Shown one piece after another: positions 9,201-17,611 of a stretch of DNA of 20,931 bases. The stretch lies in NCBI RefSeq assembly GCF_006345805.1, contig NW_021823677.1:1-20931 (forward strand), given 5' to 3'. The DNA is from Octopus sinensis (taxonomy: Eukaryota). The stretch's first letter is position 1. Every line of letters begins with the position of its first letter. The notes under the pieces are model-generated. The model was not told the DNA's origin. It did not search any database and saw only the letters and a program-made list of their open reading frames with translations. The translations under genes were made by a program, and so were the position numbers.

Positions 9201-9419
9201 TTGTATTCAAATCGCTATATCGACTGATGGAGTCGCAATTTCTTTAGAAACACAATTTAAATGACTTGTGACATTTAATTGCCACCATATTTAAATCAGC
9301 GAAGAAATTTATTTATTTTAATTGGTAGCTTCGGTGATTATTATAATTATTGTGGTCGTTGTTATTTATTATTATCATTATTATTATTACTATTATTTTA
9401 TTTTATTATAATTATTATG

Positions 9420-9966
9420 AGTGAGAGAGCAGTTCATGCCATCAAAGTGACACTGGGGTAAAATATACGAAGCCCAATATACCCATCATGACTACCCGTC
9501 TGATAAGGTACACCAGGCACATGCATCACAACCATATGTGCGCGACATGGTGATCTCATATCAAGATAAACAGCACATGACCTTGCAGGTGGGGCCCAGT
9601 TAGAATTTTCTTCATTTTGAGTAGCCCATCCTGCTCAAACGTCCCTGAATAAGGTTGTTTAAGGATGTTGAAAGAACCACCCATGTTTCCAGAGGTGAAC
9701 TATTCAAACCCCAAAGAATCCCTCTCACACATGGCTATATGCTCCCCCACTACTTCTGCTCGTGATCAGAGATGCACATATCGTCAGCCCTAAGGGGACA
9801 TGCTCAACTGGTTAAGGTCAAACAACTGACAAGCAAATCTGTGGTATTGAGCAGAATATTTGCTGTAGCCCATCTTTTATACCAAGACAAAACAATGTAC
9901 ATGATAACACTTCCAATCAGTTAAGATCAGAAGCCATGAGAGCCACTGCCTGGTACTGCATCAGGG

Positions 9967-9968
<2 letters not shown>
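9420..9968. mobile_element. ~550-bp complex-sequence insert of unknown class between (ATT)n tracts
   Basis: Sharp boundaries with TAT/ATT repeats on both sides. I recall it as a high-copy octopus repeat, but only one copy is in this window, so repeat status is not shown here. Confidence 0.55.
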
Positions 9969-10005
<37 letters not shown>

Positions 10006-10076
10006 CATTATTATTATTATTATTATCATTATTATTATTATTATCATTATTATTATCATTATCATTATTATTATTA

Positions 10077-10119
<43 letters not shown>

Positions 10120-10278
10120 CATTATTATTACTATTATTATTATTATTATTATTATTATTATCATTATTATTATTATATTATTATTATTATTATCATTATT
10201 ATTATTATATTATCATTATTATTATTATTATTATTATTATCATTATTATTATTATTATTATTATTATCATTATTATTA

Positions 10279-10320
<42 letters not shown>

Positions 10321-10327
10321 TATTATT
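9969..10327. repeat. (ATT)n/(ATC) microsatellite
   Basis: Read directly. Confidence 0.98.
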
Positions 10328-10500
10328 AAGGTTGCGGGCAAAAAAAGATATTTGCAGCAGCTCGTCTGTCTTTACGTTCTGAGTTCAAATTCCACTTTGC
10401 CTTCACCGCCTTCATCCTTTTCGGTAGATAAAATAAGTACCTGTCACGTACTGAGGGAGAGGGTCAATATGTTTGACTATTCCTTTTCTCATAACATCGC
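10328..10500 (+). mobile_element. Degenerate SINE family C copy
   Basis: tacgttctgagttcaaattcc...gccttcatccttttcggtagataaaataagtacc. Confidence 0.75.
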
Positions 10501-10544
10501 TGGATTTGTGTCAATATGTTAAACGACTATTATTGCGTTGCTGT

Positions 10545-10778
10545 TATCATTTTTATTGTCATCATCGTCATCATCGTCGCCATCGTCGTCGCCATCATCA
10601 TCATCATCATCGTCGTCGTCGTCGTCGTCGTCATCACCATCATCATCATCGTCATCATCGTCATCATCATCATTATCATCATCGTCGTCATCATCATTAT
10701 CATCATCGTCGTCGTCATCACCATCATCATCATCATCATCATCATCATTATCATCATCATCATCAGCATCAGCATCAT
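10545..10778. repeat. (CAT)n/(CGT)n microsatellite
   Basis: Source of the poly-H, poly-D and poly-S ORFs. Confidence 0.97.
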
Positions 10779-10997
10779 CCTTGTTCCTCACTAATATCAT
10801 CCTCGACTGTTTAACCGAATAGGCGTCAATATAAAAGCCTCGGGGGGAAAAAGTAATTTTTACAGGGTTTTTTTTTTTTTACCTTTTTCACTCATCAAAG
10901 GTCTTTGGACTATTGAATATCCACCCGCAAAACCTTATAACAAATACAAAGGCTCGTCTAAACATGTTTAAAAAAATAAAATCTTTTATCTGCATAT

Positions 10998-11384
10998 AGG
11001 CGCAGGAGTGGCTGTGTGGTAAGTAGCTTGTTTACCAACCACGTGGTTCCGGGTTCAGTCCCACTGCGTGGAATCTTGGGCAAGTGTCTTCTACTATAGC
11101 CTCGAGCCGACCAAAGCCTTGTGAGTGGATTTGGTAGATGGAAACTGAAATGTATATATATATGCGTGTGTGTGTTTGTGTGTCTGTGTTTGTCCCCTAG
11201 CATTGCTTGACAACCTATGCTGGTGTGTTTATATCCCCGTTACCTAGCGGTTCGGCAAAAGAGACGGATAGAATAAGTACTGGGCTTACAAAAGAATCAG
11301 TCCCGGGGTCGAGTTGCTCGATTAAAGGCGGTGCTCCAGCATGGCCGCAGTCAAATGACTGAAACAAGTAAAAGAGAGTAAAAG
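10998..11384 (+). mobile_element. SINE family A, full length
   Basis: ggcgcaggagtggctgtgtgg head, B box ggttcagtcc, internal TA/TG microsatellite, tail gcagtcaaatgactgaaacaagtaaaagag. Confidence 0.93.
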
Positions 11385-11654
11385 CGTATGTATTTCTCTC
11401 ATCAGCCATTTGCAATATTTTCTCGTGTTTAACACTCGCTGCCACAGAACTGGCAGAAAAATGAACTCGCCGTAGTAGAATCAACCGCAACAGCGATAAG
11501 AGAAAATGTGAGCTTTAAACAGACAACACTTACGCAATGGAAAACAGAAAATACGTATAATATTGAAATTACTAAGTTTTTTTGCTCCCTAGGGGGTATA
11601 ATACTCTTAGTACATTTTATGCTTACATGTTTTTATTATCTTTTATCTTCCATC

Positions 11655-11840
11655 TTTTATTTGTTTCGTTCATTTGATTGCAGTCATGCTGGGGCACCAC
11701 TTTGAAAAATTTTAGCCGAACTGATTAATCTCAGGCCTTTTTTGTTTTCTTCAGTCTGGTGTTTACTCTATCGATCTCTTCTGCCGAAACGCTAGATTAG
11801 GGGTCGTAAACACACCATCGCCGGTTGTCAAACTGTGGGA

Positions 11841-11897
<57 letters not shown>

Positions 11898-12089
11898 CAC
11901 ATACACACATATACATGTACGATGGACTTCTTTCAGTTACCGTCTACCAAATCCACTCAGAAGAGTTTGTTTGGCCCCAGGTTATAGTAGAAGACACTTG
12001 CCCAAAGTGTCACACAGTAGGACCGAACCCGAAACCATGTGGTTGAGAAACAAGCTTCTTCCCACACTGCCACGTTGTCTGCGGCCTAT
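11655..12089 (-). mobile_element. SINE family A, full length, more diverged
   Basis: Reverse complement of 10998-11384 throughout; internal (CA)n expanded at ~11844-11910. Confidence 0.85.
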
Positions 12090-12240
12090 ATATTTTCCCT
12101 TTTAAAAGAAAACATCATTTGTGGGTATGTATCAGTTTTATGCAGCTAAAGTTAGCCCTGATTCTGCACTTTCAGTGGCTCGAACGTTTTTGGACCATTG
12201 TTAACCATCTCTCTGAAGAACTTCCCTACTGAGTAGCGAG

Positions 12241-12277
<37 letters not shown>

Positions 12278-12769
12278 AAGAGACAGAGAGAGAGAGAGAC
12301 AGACAGACAGAAAAAGAGACAGAGACAGAAAGGGCAAAGTTCTTCATTCTTCATTTCCCTTATCACTCTAATAAATTTCTCTGTCATTGCTTCTAAGTAG
12401 TTTTTAAAATCCTACTGTTGTTATTTTGTAATAGTTTTCTATTTGGATCATGCTCTCTCCCCTCTGTGTGCGGGCTAGTCACATTCCATGTACATATATA
12501 TATATATCAGTTTGTGTTAGGGACTTCGGAACGTTGTTAATAGTTTCCTGTCTTTTATATATTTGTTTATTTATTTATTTATTTATTTATTTATTCGTTC
12601 TCTCTGTAAGCTCTTCAATTCTCATAACTTTTACTTTGTTTAGGCTGGAACTGCAGTTTATAATAGGAATGGTTAATGCATTGATACTTATCATCTTTCT
12701 AGTATTCGGTTGTCCTTAGCATCAGCTTCATTCTTCTGTAGTAGTCTCTTACTTTTCCTTTATTATTTT

Positions 12770-12770
12770 T

Positions 12771-12801
<31 letters not shown>

Positions 12802-12819
12802 CCACCACCATCATCATCA

Positions 12820-12852
<33 letters not shown>

Positions 12853-12906
12853 GTAATAATAATGATTGTGATAATAATAATAATGGTAATAATAATAATA
12901 ATAATA

Positions 12907-12950
<44 letters not shown>

Positions 12951-12975
12951 TATAACAATAATAATGATAATAATA

Positions 12976-13009
<34 letters not shown>

Positions 13010-13040
13010 TATAATTATAATAATAATAATAATAATAATT
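12770..13040. repeat. (CAT)n then (AAT)n microsatellite
   Basis: Read directly. Confidence 0.97.
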
Positions 13041-13149
13041 ACATATATTAGAGAGACCCATAACGTGGCTGCTAATATATATATAACTTCAATAGCAATA
13101 CTATTTCAATGGTTATGTTAACACCCCCCCCCCCGCCAACAAAAAAACC

Positions 13150-13610
13150 GCCACTTCCAGGAGAAGAAAGAAAACCCTACAAGACTGGCATGGTTGTAAA
13201 GATCAGTTACTGGAAGCGGAAGTGAGTCTGAACATGGTTTGGATCGGGTTACCAAAAACCTTTTGATATTAGATTACATTGGAAAAAACATTAGCCATGA
13301 GTATGGTAGGACCAATAAATAAACGGATACATCAAACATGCTATGAATAAATAGAGAAAGAAAATAATATTACAGATCCAATGCAAAAGATGAAATAGCA
13401 AAAAAAAAAAAAAAGGATCCAATTCCTATCAAAAGAAGAATATTCCAAAGAGATTTCATCCTTGCCACTAACACATCCAAACAATTCGCTAAACCAGAAC
13501 TGATTCGGTTGTAAATGCAGTGGAATCGTTATTATAATGACATTGGAAAATTTCCCTAAAGATATTTTCTACACGAAAGAAAGAACATTTAAATGAGAGT
13601 CGAGTGGTTT
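13150..13610 (+). pseudogene. Heavily decayed coding-like remnant, possibly ORF1 of an L1/Tx1-like LINE
   Basis: Stop-interrupted reading LLEAEVSLNMVWIGLPKTF*Y*ITLEKTLAMSMVGP...IEKEN...IQFLSKEE...LPL; the resemblance is from memory only. Confidence 0.3.
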
Positions 13611-13876
13611 AATATATGAACACGTATCTAAATACATACCCGTTCTCAGTTCAACTTTTAAATAATTTCCGTTTTAGGCTTGCGTACCTTGCTTGATATA
13701 TATATATATATATATATTTTGTGAAATAGAAAGATGAATAATCTTGTTGCAGATTAATCAAAAGTTTAACCGATACCTTGGTAGCAAAAATCACAGCAGA
13801 AGACAGCACGGTTGGAGGTACAACCATATGGTGTTGCAACCATGCGTTGGTGCGGATAATTGAATTTTAATATTAT

Positions 13877-14269
13877 TAGTGAATTGAAGAAATGGAGTTG
13901 AACGAAGATTGAACAGAAATCGTTTTATTGCATTCTACACGTGTTTCGAAAGCCACAATTTACCAAATTCCGATTGAATAGGAGACCATATTGTGTCTTT
14001 CTCTTCAGGAGAAATAGGAAATCCGTTGGAAAAAACAAAACGGATTTCCTATTTCTTCCTGAAGAGAAAGACACAATATGGTCTCCTTATTCAATCGGAA
14101 TTTGGTAAATTGTGGCTTTCGAAACACGTTCTACACGTGTTTCGAAAGCCACAATTTTACATGCAATAATAATAATTCTACATGCAATAAAATAATTCTA
14201 CATGCAATATAATTCTACATGCAATAAAACGATTTCTGTTCAATCTTCGTTCAACTCCATTTCTTCAAT

Positions 14270-14275
<6 letters not shown>
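13877..14275. mobile_element. Nested inverted repeat of an HHR-bearing, probably PLE-derived sequence
   Basis: Outer perfect 57-bp arms 13877-13933/14219-14275; inner ~90-bp arms 13939-14027/14039-14129 with two 1-nt indels and an 11-nt loop. Confidence 0.9.
13924..14017 (-). ncRNA. Type I hammerhead ribozyme motif followed by AAUAAA
   Basis: Minus strand: CUGAAGA (14008-14002), stem II GAAAGACACAAU/AUUGUGGCUUUC, GAAA, palindromic stem III ACACGUGU, GUA triplet (cut 13936/13935), AAUAAA 6 nt downstream. Stem I is weak in this arm (1-nt deletion relative to the other arm). Confidence 0.75.
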
Positions 14276-14319
<44 letters not shown>

Positions 14320-14354
14320 TATATATATATTATATATATATATATATATATATG

Positions 14355-14490
14355 TAAGAATTAAAATCAAAATGAGGGTGAAAAACTGTATATTAATTTA
14401 ATAATATCAGTTTAACACCAATGCTTTAGCGCATAAAAAACTGAGATTCAGTAAATATTATTAATACATATATGACAGGGATCCACTAAA
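14355..14490. repeat. Diverged homologue of the internal part (~6260-6375) of the 532-nt HHR unit
   Basis: Shared blocks agggtga...taattt.aata.tat...aacaccaa...aaac..gatt by eye alignment. Confidence 0.5.
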
Positions 14491-14504
14491 AGTGAACTCC
14501 CTTA

Positions 14505-14546
<42 letters not shown>

Positions 14547-14553
14547 CTATATG

Positions 14554-14569
14554 TAATAATAATAATAAT

Positions 14570-14609
<40 letters not shown>

Positions 14610-14611
14610 GC

Positions 14612-14674
<63 letters not shown>
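14554..14674. repeat. (AAT)n/(CAA)n microsatellite at the 5' junction of the Dong-like fragment
   Basis: Read directly. Confidence 0.97.
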
Positions 14675-14675
<1 letters not shown>

Positions 14676-14983
14676 TGCTAATAATAAAATGCTACCTAAC
14701 TCAGATACCAGGAAACCTCAAAATGGCAGAAATTCAAAAGATAGTGCTCATGGGAACTGCTCATATCCTACGCAAAATACTTTCTATGTAATCTCAAGTT
14801 TTAAAACAAACATAATTTTCGTATGGTTTTTTTTAGACATTCACTAGTCCAACACTAAATACAAAACCAAATATATGGCACACTAGGCATAACAACAAAT
14901 GAACTTCCAACCTGTTGTCTCTTGAGGTCTCTGGGTGAGACTTGTAGCCAACTCGTACAAATGTAAAGCAAAAGTCAAACATA

Positions 14984-14985
<2 letters not shown>
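14675..14985 (+). mobile_element. 5'-truncated 3' end of an R4/Dong-like RLE retrotransposon (ORF C-terminus plus 3' UTR)
   Basis: KCYLTQIPGNLKMAEIQKIVLMGTAHILRKILSM, stop 14789-14791; resembles the (I/L)QKxxLLGTAxILRK terminus of RLE LINEs; ~195-nt UTR ending in (AAT)n; embedded in TAA repeats on both sides. Confidence 0.8.

Positions 14986-15051
<66 letters not shown>
14985..15051. repeat. (AAT)n tract at the 3' end of the Dong-like element
   Basis: Read directly. Confidence 0.97.
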
Positions 15052-15055
<4 letters not shown>

Positions 15056-15220
15056 TGTCATTGCTTCTAATTATATATATAATTTCCAATAAAGCAAAGA
15101 TTTTCTCTCTTCTTTACAAATGTAATTCTAATTGTTTAATCCAGCGATTCTCAACGGGGTTCTATATCGTCCATTCCATTCCATACAAGATTTTTTGTGT
15201 GGGGTCTATGCAAGAAAATT

Positions 15221-15933
15221 AGATGCTCTGTGTTTCTTTTAATTATTTTAAATATAACAATGAATTTAGTAAAATAACTTAGTTATCATTAAGTTTGTGT
15301 TAGGAACATAACTCGATACTAAGTTTTGGTGGAAGATTTTAATTCAGAATTTTTGAAAACAACACATTTGTACTACAGAGCCAGAGGCGGTTTCAGGTGG
15401 GTTGGTATCAAAAAGGTTAAATATAACAAAGAATTTAGTAAAAAAAGACTTAGTTATCATTAAGCTAGTGTTAGGAATATAAATTGTGATTAAGATTTGG
15501 TGGCTGGTTTTAATTCAAAACTTTTGAAAACAACACATTTGTACTACAGAGCCAGAGGCAGTTCCAGGTGGGTTGGTATCAAAAAGGTTAAATATAACAA
15601 AGAATTTTGTAAAAAAAAAACTTAGTTATCATTAAGCTAGTGTTAGGAATATAACTTGAGACTAAGTTTTGGTGGAAGATTTTAATTCAGAATTTTTGAA
15701 AACAACACATTTGTACTACAGAGCCAGAGGTGGTTTCAGCCAGGTTGGTGTCAAAAAGGTTAAATATAACAAAGAATTTAGTAAAAAAAACTTAGTTATC
15801 ATTCAGCTAGTGTTAGGAACATAAATTGTGACTAAGATTTGGTGGATGGTTTTAATTCAAAACTTTTGAAAACAACACATTTGTACTACAGAGCCAGAGG
15901 CAGTTTCGGGTGGGTTGGTATCGAAAGGGTTAA
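15221..15933 (+). repeat. Four-unit tandem array (169-172 bp) derived from the end of a TTAA-type (piggyBac-like) MITE
   Basis: TTAA at 15248, 15417, 15588, 15760 and 15930; last unit ends cgaaagggTTAA, internal units end caaaaaggTTAA. No matching left terminus found in the window. Confidence 0.85.
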
Positions 15934-16099
15934 ACGAGGGAAGAGGAGCCAAGTGAGTGTGAACTGAGAAACAAGAATTAAGTGAGGGCAATGTATTAAT
16001 GGATCTTATGTTTGTAAATAATTAATTTTGTATTTGACCAGGTGAGGTCAAATACGCTGGCGAGGTATGAAATATTATGGTTAATATAATATTAATGGT

Positions 16100-16232
16100 G
16101 ATGGTGAATTCCAGTTCTAGCACGAGGCCTGCAATCTCAAGGAAGAGGTTACTCATCCTTCGACGGAATTTGAACTTAGAACATAAAGCATTTCCCGGTG
16201 TGCTAAAGGTCAAACTAGCTGACCGTCTTAAA
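16100..16232 (-). mobile_element. Degenerate, internally deleted SINE family C copy
   Basis: cgacggaatttgaacttagaacataaagcatttcccggtgtgctaa matches the minus-strand family C head at 20596-20688. Confidence 0.65.
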
Positions 16233-16856
16233 CAAGATAACTATATTAAGCTTATGTATATGTGAATTTATACATATTTTTAAAATCTACTCCTTTTATA
16301 CAGGAACAAAGCAGAAGTGAGCCAACAAATGAAACAGCAAACCTTTACAATCCCCGTGTGTGTATTTGTGTGTGTGTGAGAGAGAGAAAGAGCGTGTTTG
16401 TGTGTGTGTGTTTGTGTGTGTGAAGTGCGTTTGTACATATTTGTGTGTGTTTGTGCGTGTGTATGTGTACGTGTGCGTGTGTGTCTGTATGTGCGTGTCT
16501 ATGTATTAATCAATAGTCTGTATACACATACACACCATAAACACACACACAAAAAAAAAGCGGCAAAGACAGACAGTAAGAGAAATCTTGTATTTTTTAC
16601 CAAAGAAATTATTCCACCGGGAATTACGGATATATATGTTGGTGGTATTGGAAGTTCATTCTTCAAAGACCTACATTGGTACAAAACCATTTATTTTCCT
16701 ATTAGTTCTTCAAATACATTTTGCTTATGTTTAGTAATCTCCAATAAACCATTCTAAGATTTCTTTCCTTTTCTTCCACCCGTTTTTTTTTGTCAATGAC
16801 AGAGTAGCTGTGGTTTGCTTATTTCAGTATCTTATTTTTCAATATTATCTATCGCG

Positions 16857-17024
16857 TGTATGTATGTATGTATGTATGTATGTATGTATGTATGTATGTA
16901 TGTATGTATGTAGTGTGTGTATGTATGTATGTATGAGTGTATGTATGTATGTATGTATGTATGTATGTATCTTCCTATCTATTCAAATATACATAAACAT
17001 ATGCATATACATACATACTCGTGC

Positions 17025-17073
<49 letters not shown>

Positions 17074-17090
17074 CGTGGAGAGAGAGAGAG
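16857..17090. repeat. (TATG)n plus TA/TG/GA compound microsatellite
   Basis: Read directly. Confidence 0.96.
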
Positions 17091-17154
17091 GAAGTGGAGT
17101 TAGCTCGTAAATGCAAAATAGTTCCCGAATACCGAAGGTAGAGTAATATGCTGT

Positions 17155-17308
17155 TTATTAAAGCCGAAAATGGCGTCACAAACTGTTACTCAGAGTTTCA
17201 CGTTCCCATTCGTCGCACAGATACGATCATGTATGATCACAACTGTCGGACCAACAGGGAACGTGAATATGTGAGTACAGTTTGTGAAGATTTTTGCAGC
17301 TTTAATAA
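17155..17308. mobile_element. Imperfect inverted repeat (~66-bp arms) carrying degenerate minimal HHR motifs
   Basis: Arms 17155-17220/17243-17308. Left arm minus strand: CUGU-GCGACGA-AUG-GGAA-CGU-GAAA-CUCUGAGU-A-ACAG. Confidence 0.75.
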
Positions 17309-17316
17309 TAATAATA

Positions 17317-17383
<67 letters not shown>

Positions 17384-17388
<5 letters not shown>

Positions 17389-17611
17389 GTAAATATAATA
17401 TGTGACAATTATTCGGTAGCCATGATAAAACTCCGAGTTTCGGATGTCGGGGCGGAAACCCACGTAGCCTTCTCTTCAGTATCCAGCCATCGAAAAAATT
17501 CCTGAAGATAAAATAACTGAAGAGATGGCGGCGTGGGTTTCCGCCCCGACTCGGAAATTCGGAGTTTTATCATGGCTACCGAATAATTGTCACATATTAT
17601 ATTTACAGATA
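17384..17611. mobile_element. Inverted repeat (~97-bp arms, 35-nt spacer) carrying HHR-like motifs
   Basis: Arms 17384-17480/17516-17611, outer ~53 bp perfectly complementary; CUGAAGA and GAAA present in both arms. Confidence 0.85.

Noticed and set aside
11390-11405. Minus-strand ctgatga-ga-gaaa as a hammerhead
   Set aside because: Only 2 nt between the boxes, so no stem II can form.
12170-12200. Tc1/mariner-like terminal sequence (cagtggctcgaacgtttttggacc)
   Set aside because: No second TIR, no TA target context and no transposase sequence.
791-14985. The two RLE fragments as halves of one rearranged element (their peptides are nearly consecutive)
   Set aside because: Opposite strands, ~13.7 kb apart, each with its own TAA-flanked 5' junction; independent truncated insertions are simpler.
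15142-15215. hAT-type MITE end (cagcgattctcaac...)
   Set aside because: Only one short TIR-like motif, with no partner or 8-bp TSD; too weak to call.
15248-15933. CRISPR-like array
   Set aside because: Whole units are homologous, with no unique spacers; eukaryotic context.
16570-16830. Complex-looking readings (IIPPGITDIYVGGIGSSFF on plus; LKNELPIPPTYISVIPGG on minus) and a polypyrimidine-AG near 16760-16802 as an exon
   Set aside because: No protein family recognised, and splice signals do not bracket either reading frame.
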